A stretch of DNA of 64,000 nucleotides from Tubulanus polymorphus. Its lineage: Eukaryota > Animalia > Nemertea. Below, piece after piece: positions 51,821 through 64,000 of the stretch (positions are counted from its first letter, which is position 1; every line of letters starts with the position of its first letter). Under the pieces are notes generated by a model, which saw only the letters and a program-made list of their open reading frames with translations, did no database searches and was not told where the DNA came from. The stretch spans positions 28,802,150-28,866,149 of the forward strand of contig NC_134026.1 in assembly GCF_964204645.1 (NCBI RefSeq), in the 5' to 3' direction. Both the position numbers and the translations under genes were made by a program.

Positions 51821-52818
51821 AAGTTTATTTTGATATCTGATTTATTTAGACTCGTTGCAGGTGGAGTAAAATATAAGGGGCTTTTTTGTGTTTGTTCGAC
51901 GGACGGACGGACTCCGATCCGATGAGTGTCAGTCAGCAGTTGGTTTGTTTTTTGTTGGGATGATGTTTTGGGCTGGTTGGTTCGTTGGGACCCTGATGCT
52001 TACGCTTCTTGAGATTGGGGATTTGCTACCCTATTTCAGTTTATAACTAATTGAATATTTGGTTCACTAAAAACATCTTGCCCAACAGAGAGATTACAAG
52101 TCAGAGGAGAGACCCTGGCTTGGCGGTTGGGGGGTCTCGAGATTTGCTATCTTCTTCTTTGTTGTTGCTTTGAGTTGTTTTCTTGAATTAAGATTTCAGT
52201 GCAGACTTACCTTTCTGACTTATTTCTTCTATTCCGTTCACTGAATTCCTAGATGTAGTAATTGTTCGCACAAAATGTGTGTTATTTTCAGCCAGACAAA
52301 GGCAAAGCTAAAACGATATCGTTCAACTGCTGTGAGTGAAATCTGTCGACAGGCAGTGAAATTTTTGATGAACTCGGTGGCAGGAGTTACAGTTGATCGA
52401 TGATATTGTAATCGGGTACCCAGACACGAACCCCGTTCACGCTTGCCCTGATTACAGGATCTTGTAACTAACCTGTCTGTAGGATAATAAGCCACCTACT
52501 CTCCTTTCAGTATGTCAGGCAACGCTGACTACGATCAGCTTAACCTGTCCTAATCAGTTTAAACTGAATTGAATCTAATAGGACTAGATTAGTAAAAGAT
52601 TTGGATCATTAGTAAGAAGGATATAAATATAGCAGCACTGCGCATTGTAAATCAGTTGATCTGCAGCTTAGAGAGAGGTCGGTAGTTAGTGTATCAGTTA
52701 TAACCTTTCTTAGGAGAGTGCATGTGACTAAGTGCTAGCCTACTGTTCATCCTACAATTGTTTAATGTTAATTTTTATTTTTTCCAGGTTTAAAACTTTC
52801 AAAATATCGAAACTGAAA

Positions 52819-55800
52819 ATGGATCCAGAATATGAACGACGACTTCTCAGACAACAGAACGGTCAATCGCCCTTCAGTTCCGTAAGTATTATTGGATAGT
52901 CTATCTATTGATAGAAGACATTCATACAGCTTCAATGCTGTGATTCTAGAGCGGCTGCATTCATTCTTCAGTGTCACATTGTCAATGCTGAAGTTTGTTT
53001 GGTTCTTCTCAAAAACATTTCAAATCAATTTTGGAGCTATCTGATTATAGCAATTGATCGATAGGTAATTGCCATTGAAGATAGCTGCATACAGTACTGA
53101 GTAGGGACTGAGGTTGTTGTCCCTCAAAAGCCCTTTGTCGGGGACAATGACGAGATTTTGGTTTTAGATCAATAAAAATCGCAGTTAAGACAATTTGAAA
53201 TTGATAACATTGGTTAATATCTGAATTATTGTTACAGCCCATGCAAGTTAGTCCTGCTTCATCACCCGGTAAAGACAAATATGGCGACAGATTCATTCCA
53301 AGTCGAGCCGGTGCAAACTGGAAAATACATTTCAATATGCCACAGGTTTGTACCTCATTCTAATTATGTTGTACGGATAAATGATTTTTTTATAACTGAT
53401 TAGATAAGTTAGAATTCGTTTGTGTTATTTAACTGCAGGATAATGTAAATTCGCTGTCACCAACAATGACACGAAAAGCTAAGGATATCAATACGGATTC
53501 AAACAAAGATGGTTTAGCTTATAATTGTTTGTTAAAGAATGAATTACTTGGAGCTGGGATTGAAGATCTAAAGGTATTTGTCAATGACCTATGACATATT
53601 GAAATGATGTCTATTTGCTGCGGTATTTTGAATTTTATTGTTTCTGTTTGTAAAGGATCAACAGCCCGATGATAGAAGAATACTCGTGCCAAAAGAAAGT
53701 AAAAATATGTTCACCGTAAGTAAATAATTGTGGTTTTTATGTTTTAAACAATGAGATGTATAACGCGGACACATGTTAAATGTTTTAATACTATTTTTCA
53801 GTATCGTGTGCCAAGACGAAGTCCGGATGCCGCAGATTCCTCGCCATATTCATTGTCTCCAGTTGGAAGTAAAAGTCAAAAACTTCTCCGTTCGCCGCGT
53901 AAGGTAAATAATAGTTAGATTGATTTTTGAACAACTGCTGAAAATGATTTTTTGAAATGTTTTCTTTACGTTTATTTGATTAATGCGTTTATTCTCATCC
54001 AGGCTGTCCGAAAAATCTCAAAGATTCCATTTAAAGTGCTAGATGCTCCCGAGTTACAAGATGATTTCTATTTGAATCTTGTTGATTGGTCGTCCACGAA
54101 TGTGCTCAGTGTTGGTTTAGGAACGTGTGTTTATTTATGGAGTGCTTGTACTAGTCAGGTAGGCATTTATCCCTAGTTTTTATGCCGTTCACCAATGATT
54201 ATGTCAGGCGTTCCAGTTATTGCTATTTCGATGTTTTATTTCAGGTTACGCGATTGTGTGATCTATCAGTAGATGGAGATTCTGTAACATCTGTATCCTG
54301 GTCTGAAAGGGTATGTCTCCCGTTTTACATCGTTTTTCTCGCGACAAAACTTCGTGATTTCAAAGTTCTTCATCTTTTTATCACGGTATTCTTTATTGTA
54401 ATTCAGGGTAATTTAGTCGCAGTTGGAACTCACAAAGGTGATGTTCAGATCTGGGACGTTGCTGCCTCAAAACGTATTTCACTTCTGGAAGGACATTCTG
54501 CTCGAGTTGGTAAGTTAAATGATAATGATATCAATCGATATTTATTAAGAACAAGAATCCTATGAAATACAGTTTTAATGCACTCATTCTTGTCGGTATT
54601 GTTAATTACCCCTTGCCGGTATCACTGATTCAGTCATATATCCCTGGGGAGATGTAATGCCAGAGCTCCTGATTAGTCTAGGTTAGGTACCCTTTCGGTC
54701 CTGGGTCGAGGAGAGAGGCAATGAGGATATTAAAGCGTCTTGTCCGTCGGGACAGTATATGAAAAAGGTTTGAGTCTACAGCCTGGCATCCTAGAATTGA
54801 ACGCTCCAACCACCCACACCACTCCATAATGAACAACCAGCAGAGATAGGATATAAAGTCAAATGAACAATTTGTTTTGACATAAAATATCTGGACTGAG
54901 TTTCATAGATGTGAGACTAGATAATCCCAGGGAACATTTTGAGATTTGTCATTTATCACCATTACCGGTAATAATTTAGTGGTTGTCACTGAGGATTTCC
55001 TTCTAGGGGTAACTTTCTTAGAGATACCCGGTCTATGAATCTGCACCCTGGATATTGATTATCCTGTAGTAAAACATGGGTATGTGTTTATTTATTTGTA
55101 GGTGCACTGGCGTGGAATGCCGATATTTTATCGTCGGGAAGCCGAGATCGGTTGATATTACAAAGAGATATACGATCGCCATCTATAGTTCCCGAACGTA
55201 AACTCACCGGACATCGGCAGGAAGTGTGCGGATTAAAATGGTCGCCGGACCATCAGCATTTAGCTTCGGGTGGAAACGATAATAAACTATTCGTGTGGAA
55301 CATGACGAGTTTGAGTCCCGTTCAAACTTACACGGAACATTTAGCGGCGGTTAAAGCTATAGCGTGGTCTCCTCATCAACACGGACTGTTAGCTAGCGGT
55401 GGAGGTACAGCTGATAGGTGTATTCGATTCTGGAATACATTAACGGGGCAACCTCTACAATGCGTCGATACCGGGTCTCAAGTATGTAATCTAGCGTGGT
55501 CCAAACATGCTAATGAATTGGTAAGTGTATCTTCATAAATAAGTTCTGGGGGTTTTTATGCAAAATTTTAAAATTTTAATATCTTTCCATTGTGTACAAA
55601 GCAGGGTCAGGGATTTCAGGTTTATCAATCCCTGCAAGGAAGATCAGGGCTAAGAAACATCCCCCACTTATATATCTTATGATTTAACCGATGAATTTTT
55701 GGTCAAGGGTCAGGGAATTATAGGATCCCTGGCAGGTCCGTCCGTAAGAACCCTGACGTAGGCAGAAGTGGTCAATTTCCCCCCAACCCCCCCCCCCCCC

Positions 55801-56497
55801 CCCGTCGCTCATGGATGCGTACAACTTTTATGAATGGGGTCGAAATTGAGTTGTTACTTACTCGCAAAATTAAAGGTCATTTTGTATGAGTTATTGTTTA
55901 CTGTTTCAGGTTAGTACTCACGGATATTCACAGAATCAGATCCTAGTGTGGAAATATCCATCGTTAGTGCAAATAGCTAAACTTACTGGACATTCCTATC
56001 GAGTGCTTTATTTGGTGAGTACCGATATATCTCAAATCGAATCACTTGTATTAGTGCGTTGTGGGAATATGATGTGAACGATGTGTGTGTGTGGTTATTT
56101 ACAGGCAATGTCACCAGATGGCGAAGCAATCGTTACCGGTGCTGGTGATGAGACACTGCGGTTTTGGAATGTCTTCAGCAAAACTAGATCTACCAAGGTA
56201 AAATCAGAATTCCGTTTGAATTTCCTATGTTTTCTCAGTTTAGAAAAATAATGAACGATCCCACAATTGATGATATCTTAAGTTTATTATTCTAGCAGTT
56301 TTGAGATGAAATTTGAATTTTATCGCGTGTCAGAGAAACAGTAGTAAAGTGGTGTAAGATAGATCTCGTTAATCGCTGGATCGTTCATCAGATTCCAAAT
56401 AGAGAGAAACTATTGAATTTATATCGATGTGTATTGTATTTATATCTCATTTCAGGAATCGAAGTCTGTATTGAATCTGTTCACTAGAATCCGATGA
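52819..56497 (+). CDS. FZR1: Fizzy-related / Cdh1 (APC/C co-activator, WD40)
   Basis: Exons 52819-52881, 53238-53345, 53439-53573, 53656-53715, 53802-53903, 54003-54158, 54245-54310, 54407-54509, 55102-55520, 55910-56014, 56105-56197, 56456-56497. N-terminus [13 protein letters not shown]-box [33 protein letters not shown]40 repeats and C-terminal IR tail LNLFTRIR. Confidence 0.97.
54600..54830 (-). mobile_element. Decayed tRNA-derived SINE in an fzr intron
   Basis: ggtaccc..cctgggtcgaggagagaggcaatg..taaagcgtcttgtcc resembles the reverse complement of the CORE-like central segment of marine-invertebrate SINE2 families. Boundaries are approximate. Confidence 0.45.
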
Positions 56498-56583
56498 TTG
56501 CTGTGTTAAACAGAAGTTGGTGCATGATTGATTGAATGAATGTGAAGAAAGCTGCAGAATAGCAGAATATACTCATTACCCTC

Positions 56584-56637
56584 ATAATATTATAATATAT
56601 ATATATATATAGATATATAATAATTATTATTATTATG
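56584..56637. repeat. AT microsatellite / low-complexity quasi-palindrome in the fzr 3'UTR
   Basis: cataatattataatatatatatatatagatatataataattattattattatg. Confidence 0.7.
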
Positions 56638-59600
56638 TCTTTTTATTTATTTATATTTTCAACATTCAGAGTTGAGTTTTGATACGTTTTTGGTAACGAC
56701 TGTTTCTATATACGTATAACATGACGATATGTTTTAATTTCGAGGCCTTCTCTAGTCGAATTGCTGAATGATCTTCAGGGCCATTCTCATTAATTTTAGC
56801 ATCTGTTGTTAAGAATTATACTAAATTATGGAATTAAAATTTATCATTTCGTATGATATCACAAGTTTATGAAATTGTTGATGCATCTCTGGGCATTCAG
56901 TATGCTATCTATATGCATGTCATGTCAAGTTTGTTGTTTGCTTCGCCTTCAAGAAAAATTATGAGTTAGATAAATCAGTTATTTGATTATGAAATGTAAT
57001 TAACCCTTTAATTCTTCAGAATTTTAATCAAAAGATTAAAGATTTTGATATGGAGATCATTGGGTTTCCAAGTGTAATTACTCTCAGCTAAGAGCAGGCA
57101 ATGAGTATTAATTATTAGACTCATAATTTGATATTTGTTTCAGTTTCTGCTGCTTTTAATGTTGTGTGTGTAAACTAGTCTCAGCAAAGATGATAAAATA
57201 GTAATATAAGTACAAATGTATGAAAATGGTTTTTATTTAGAAGAGTATCTTGAAATACATCACTTGTGATAGTTTTCATAAGTGTAAATAGATTGTAGTA
57301 ACACTCCGTGTACAGTAATCTATTATTATTATAACGTGTATTTCAAATTTTTATTTATTCATTTTGTCTGGAAAAATAAGGCTTAATTTTTCCTATTGTA
57401 TCATGATTGTAAATAAAAAAAACGAGTAAATAAAAAATATTGTGTTTAAAATTCAGAATTTCTTCCTTTTCGAGCGATGATTCAACGAAGTACGGAATTG
57501 AGAGGAGATTCGTATACGGATAGAATTTCGAGGATCAAGCCTTCAGTCTACTCCAAACTGATGAACGACAAAAGCACGCTTAAGATTTAAGTTGCGCTTA
57601 TGCTTATTGTTATTTCATATTCGAACACGACAATTCGACATCAATGAAAATCAGCTTAATTGCTATTAATAGTCTAGATACATTTTTCAATGCCTCAAAT
57701 TTGGGATAGGTAAGAAATTTAATACAATATAAAGATAATTTCTATCATATTTTTAGAACAACCGGACAAACTTAGAAATAAATTGGAAGTGGCCAATTTA
57801 AATCATAATTGCAGGAGAGTTAAATTTCGAGACCGCTCTAGGCTACTACTCTCGCTCACATACCAATTAAACTTTCATTAAATGAATTTTATTACTAGAA
57901 GGTGTGCCTTGTTCTAACAAAATGACCGCTTGCTACACATCAACAATTTCAGAAAAAAAGGATAAACCTCTACTTGTATTGTTTGGGTATTCATTACGGG
58001 CAATCTTTCACTCAATACGTTATCATAACCCTATGTGTCATTGGATTAAATTAAGAATGTGTTTTCTCGAGTGGCTGCGCTTCAATTATAGCTTTCTAAA
58101 AGTGCCCCTGGGAACCAACGTATGGGCCACCGCTCGGAGAAATTGAGTGGAAGGAACTTTGCTGCGTGTTAACGTGATCCAATCAGCAGTCGGTCTATTG
58201 ATGTCTATCGTCGTCTGTGATCTATTTGGTGACGAGTCGAATGTTGCGAGTCTTATCTCGAAGGTCCAGCGACGGAAATGAGAGAATTTGCTAGTCGGTC
58301 GTAAACTCAATAATCTGCCTATTGCAGACATATCCTGCGAATTGGTGATAAACTCCAGTAAATTGAACAATCAATTGATCGCTGAAAATCCCCATTATAT
58401 AATCACCTCTGGCCCGAGTACAGCATTTCATTTGTGTTTCATTCTTGGAATATCAACGATACATTTAGGACAATATTCTATTGGATGACAAAAAAATCTA
58501 CAGTAATATTGGATGCCCATTAATTCTTTGAACTAATTTTTTACGATTTACTCGTCGGAACAACAAAAGAAACTCGCACCTGAGTCGGGAGTCGGCAATA
58601 TTCGGTTACACATTGTGATAGCCTAAATTAGTATTTAATGACAATAAAGCGATGAAGCGGAGGCACGCATCAGTCTGGGCCTTAATTGTGGGTTTGCCTC
58701 GTGTGACTGCCTGCCCAGCGGCTAAGGCCAATGACTGCCATCTTTTACCAATATTTTTTCATCTTTTCGCATGAATGTTTAATTCATTTGCTATTTTTTT
58801 GTCCGGTTACCTATTGAAATCGTGTCATTAATTCGACTGGCAGGGAACGGCGTACCAGGCGGTTGCTTTTCGTATAAAGAACTGTTTCCAAGACGAAAAT
58901 TCATTCGCGTAATTGAACAAAGTGGTTTTCATGCTGGTTTATTGTCCATTAGTCCTCGATAGTTCTTTCATCATGAAATTCATTTGAAAAATGACGAGGA
59001 CAATTATTCGTCCTTGATCAGACCACTTCATTTGTCTAGATCCCTGTGAGATTATTATACATAGTCAAATCGATTTCAAACACACAATTCTATAGTTCTA
59101 TACATCTCATCCAAAAATAGATAATCAATTATAAATTTCGAATCGATTAAAAAATGTCACCTTTTTTACATGACTAAATCATACCGCACCTTCGTGACCA
59201 TCAATGTCGACAATAAAACAGAAAGTACGTATACACAACAAAAATCCGGCTGTCGGAAGAGCAACGTAGCGGAAAGGAATGATGGACCCAGTGGTGGCGT
59301 GCATAGCGAAGATAAGTTTACTGAATTCAGATGAGATGAGGCTGGCAAACAGAGATAACACAATTTGCCACATACTCAATTCTCGAGCACTGCGTCATTC
59401 GACAATAGATAGCTTTAACGAGGTGCCAATTGCTCTAATAGAATTTTTATTGTAAACTCTATTACCAGCACAAAATTTATGTAATCATTTTAATGCAATC
59501 TGGAGATTTCTCAAATCTCAAAGTTAGATTTTGATATTATTGCCTTCGTGCGACAGAAGAATGAATTAAAGTAAGAAAGTACTAAATCTATTTGATCTAG

Positions 59601-62600
59601 ATTCAGAAAACACAGTGAAACGTGCTTTGAAATATCTCGCTCGTTTATCAGTAGTTATATTGAGGGTTTGCGCCTGCTATTCTCTGTCTCCTTTTTATTC
59701 TTCAAGTGACTTATATTTCACCTCACAAAAGGCAAACCTCAAACCAATTTTTCTCGATTCTTAATCGGCATAAGCTCAAAAATGAATCTATTGACCCGAA
59801 AGAATTGCCGTAACCCTGACTGACGCGGGCTCTTCATTGCTGTCTTAATCCATTGTCTGATGACAACGAGTCTCGAGTAGCGGTGAGTCCTTCTACCGAA
59901 GATGTGGCCTTTTTATCCGATGCTTCGTGACAAAAGGCGTCTTTCAGCAAACACTGCGTGCATGGGTCGATTTGAAAAAAAATGTAAATTGATTAACTTA
60001 CTTATATCTGACCATTTGAGCAGAAACGGCAGCGCGTGGCATTTTCAGAGCTACGTCGATTTTCTCACAAGAGAAGAAAAAGAGACAACGCTATTTTTTG
60101 AATATTCAAATGTTTGCGTCCAGTGGCCAAATTGTTTCCAGATTCCTTGGTTTAACGTCTAATAAATCTTACCACTGTCAAATTCATGTCCGTTAGCGAA
60201 TTATCTTCATGTAAACATCGCATTAATTTATTTTCGAGCATCAGTAGCGCGCGCTATCTTGTCTTGCGATCTGTCATTTTCCTGGCCAAACAGTAGTCCG
60301 CATTTATTGCAATGAATAGAAATTTTATAAACAATCCTTTCAATGATTTTACTTGTTAATCTGATGTTTTCAGACGAGGACGCCAAACTCTTCAAATTTA
60401 TTGGCACTCACGTCCACAGAAAAGGCCCCATTGTCCCCGAACGTACGCCCATCACACTACTAGGTGTTGAATTTTTATGGCGAAGTTATTAAAATATAAT
60501 CTCCACGTCAGATTTCCTTTGCGCGTGCTTCATTTGGAAAGAAAGTATCTTTTTCTAAAGGTAGATACTATCAGATGTATCGTCTCCACGTCTGTCTCGG
60601 GTATTAATCCTGCAGGAAATGAGTGGTTTTCAATCGCTGAGACATTTGAACATCCCACGAAGACAATATTACAGAAAACATGTAGCGTATTCTATACCTA
60701 AAATAAAACACGATATATTTGATTGAATTATACAAACGCAACCTATAAAACAAACTACTCTTTATTAATTGAACGATGATGATTATTAGTTCATTTGTAT
60801 GATAAGTGCTATATTATCATATCCAGAAGCATATTGCAATCATTGAGCGGAAATTAATGGTTTATTCGGCACCTTATTTTTCAGAAAATTAAAATATTAA
60901 TTCAGCGTGACTAAATGAAATTCAATACGCGCTGTTTTTGTAGTCATTTAATTCTAATTGGCATATTTCTTGCAACGCGCGACCGACATCCATTTATAGA
61001 AAAAGAACTGGAGAAAGGGAACAAAAGCGTCGCGCGAACACTGGCATTTTTATGGCGACTGTTTTCATAGTGAAGTTATGAACTCTGATATAAAGTGACT
61101 CCTCTCATTCTGAAGGGGCAGCCGGCAGAAACGATGTTAAATTATAGAGTCGAACACGCGCCACTCGAACGAATAGAATAACTGAACAAAAACAACGTCA
61201 GTTTCATCACATTTATGAACTGATGCAACAGATAAGAATGAATAATACAAGTACCACTTGATTTTTTGCTTTAATATCCAGTTTCGTGGTATTTTCTAGT
61301 TCAAAGTGTCAGTACACGAGTCAACATCAAGGACGCTTTCATAGGCCGATCAAATTACCTTCCGTTGATGATTTCTTGATACTTTGTAACGATTTAATTG
61401 TAGTTAACAAAACGTTGATATCGTATGACATGATTTCGGCGATTTTTATAAAACTGAACTTTTCATCGGAGGTTTACCCGTGTTTAAACAAACTGTTCAT
61501 ATTTCAGAAATAGTCGTCCGATGATCTTTCAGAAAAGATAGGCTACAGCCCGTTGATCCCAACCCTAAATTTGTCCAGTACGTATAGTCCCAACATCATC
61601 ATCATCAAAATAACCATTTCCAGGCAATGTCCCAGTTTACAAGTGCAATTTTCCTGTTTGATATTGTCTCTACAATTTCCGATTTCCGGGATATTTGATT
61701 ATAAGTATTTACGAAGACTTGGGTTTCCTAATTAAATCAGATTTGGTCAAGTGTTTCATAATAGAGCCACGCGCTTATGTTTGTACCATATAATAACAAC
61801 CACGTGTGGCTTAAACAATATGATACATACTTCAATTCGAATAACAAGTTGGTTTATGGTGGCTTAATTCAGCAAATGTCTTTTAAAAAATCCATCGAAG
61901 CTATTAATCAAAATGTTGGCTTTTTAGAATTTTTTTTCCTGTAGCTTAACGAGCTGAAAAATTTATGTCGAATAGATATTTCAGAAATCTGAACTAATCA
62001 TAATTACCGTTTAAATGAATTTTAACGGTTTGAATATTTCTGTGAAGAGGTCAAAAGAGAAATTAAATTCAAATCAAATTCATATCATTCATGTGATACG
62101 TTATACTGAAATGACAATAAACGCCTGTATTTACAACTGATGCTTCTTGCTTCATTACTATTCTAAACAGTTCATATTAACTTCGTTCAGCCAGTCGTTA
62201 CGAAGTGACAATCTTCGCTAATTCATTTAGTCTATTCATAACACTGTCTCTTCCAAATGAACGCTCAGACCCGGTGTCGTTCAGAAGCAAACGGCTGCAT
62301 TTTCCAAAAGAAAGGCTCTCAGGCAATAACGCAAGATTATTTCTATTAATGTGGAGTTATGAAGATGTAATCAAGCGAAACATAAACCCTGAAATTTTGG
62401 TCATCCATACTGCCACAATTCTGATATGTATCTATTGGTGACGTGGGTGGGTGCCGTTTCATGTTATGCACGTGTAATTCTACATAATAGCTCTTCCTAT
62501 TCAACGCGTTTAATTCTACTGTATGCGCTCGAAGGTTTCCATTCATCCACGGAGTTTGAAATAGTGTAAAAGTGGTTTATATGAAGCTTTTTTCTACGGA

Positions 62601-63821
62601 CAGTATTTCATATTTTCTCGTAGTGAAAACGTATTAAGAAATTATGTTTTCGCACGTTAAGATTGCTTGCTGAATAAAGGGAAAAGATTATGGCAGGAAT
62701 AATTATATCTTTTGACCACTCTTTAACACTAAGTACCCAATCATCGACAAAAGACGATCATCCCGCAATAAAGTAAAACCTTTGAGCCGATGATATACGA
62801 CAAATCCTGAAAGTTTTATGATAATAACCATCAATCAGTCACGTGACACAGTGCACCGGAAATGTGACGCAGTAGAGGGGAGGAGCTGGAAAATAAAATG
62901 ACTCTCGGTTGCAATATGAAGACGGAAATGTGTCGACGGTATTCAATCCTGTTTCGAAATCTCTTCTGGTCGGAAACAACCATAACATCGAAAAGGAAAC
63001 GTCGTCGGATTCTCGACTTATACTCGATATCAGCAACGAATCGACACGTTTTTATTTTACGCAGTTTCTAATTGGGATACGTCATAATTCAAAGGTAATT
63101 TAATTCATACTCATTTGAAACACGATTTCATCATTTTTACTCATTTCTCTAAGCACGTATTTATTAAACAACGACAGCACAAATAAAGGTTACGCTTGTT
63201 TGTTATGTTTTTTGTTTATCAACTAATACTTCTGAACAAAAAAAAGCTAAACCTGTGTAGTACGTATTTATACGAATTATTTCAACATAGTTCTAATAAG
63301 CAATACAATGAAATATACAGATTTGTACGGGTCTACCTTTACTTTATTTCATACGTAAATATTACATTTTTTGAAATTTTGCATTTTTGAAATCAAACCT
63401 AAACGCATTTTACAGGAATATTTGGGAATCTATTGAAACTCTTTCTTACTCGTATAGTGATTTTTTTTTCGTAAAACCGCACGTTATCTAAATGCTGCTT
63501 TTAAACTTCAATATTCAGTCCGATAGAAATGCCCAACATGTTTACGTTTATTTGCCATTATCATAAATACTCTAATTACTTTATTTATTTTATGTAACCC
63601 CTTTCAACTGTATAGATGTATCAAATGTTCAAAATATTTACAGAGTACAAATGACTCAATGCTAAAAATATTCCCTTAACGGTGGATGTTGTTTGAAATA
63701 TTCAAAAAGTAAATTCCAACCTCAACTAAAAACTGTCCGTGTTAGTAAACAGTGTAACAGTAGTAGCATAGCCTAGATAACCATTTTACCGAAATCATAA
63801 TTTTTTATTTCTAGGCTTAAC

Positions 63822-64000
63822 ATGGAGGTTAGTAAGTCAGAATATGATAATTTCTCTTCTGAGGAGGAAAGTGATCATGAACTAACCGAATCTGATCGTA
63901 ACGGCAACGATGAGAAAAACCTTCTAATGCAGACTCATTGCCAACAACTTTATATATACCCAACTGATGATAGGCCGCCTTTTTATCTTCCATATAGGGC
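63822..64000 (+). CDS. Possible first coding exon of a gene cut by the window edge (weakly SLC23/nucleobase-ascorbate transporter-like)
   Basis: A good acceptor (tttttatttctag) ends at 63814 and the ATG is in an aacATGg context. The frame is open to the window end: MEVSKSEYDNFSSEEESD...LYIYPTDDRPPFYL, which resembles the SLC23 N-terminal 'IY.I.D.PPWYL' motif. The last residues fit poorly. Confidence 0.4.
   Translation, partial: MEVSKSEYDNFSSEEESDHELTESDRNGNDEKNLLMQTHCQQLYIYPTDDRPPFYLPYR

Noticed and set aside
55600-55820. agggtcaggga repeats and a poly-C run in an fzr intron
   Set aside because: Probably decayed MITE fragments; no definable TIR pair or TSD.

Overview
AT-rich genomic DNA from an animal, with GT-AG introns and no prokaryotic features. 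The gene content suggests a marine invertebrate, probably a lophotrochozoan (inference). Gene order: single-coding-exon NPF/NPY-type receptor (+); two tandem multi-exon NIT-domain transmembrane guanylyl cyclases (+); GPR83-like receptor (-); about 15 kb of non-coding DNA; a 1.8-kb foldback element with a 6-bp target-site duplication; cytosolic sulfotransferase (+); FAM183/CFAP144-like ciliary gene (-) head-to-head with fizzy-related/Cdh1 (+); and a possible gene start at the right edge. There are two main findings. First, both NIT-GC paralogs keep the metal-binding half of the cyclase site but have lost the Asn/Arg/Lys half, as soluble-GC alpha subunits do, which suggests an obligate-heterodimer nitrate/nitrite/NO-sensing receptor cyclase. 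Second, the foldback element's arms are higher-order arrays (144 bp built from 30-bp units) of about 40 palindromic E2F-like sites. Exon boundaries and repeat counts were read by eye; no database searches were run.
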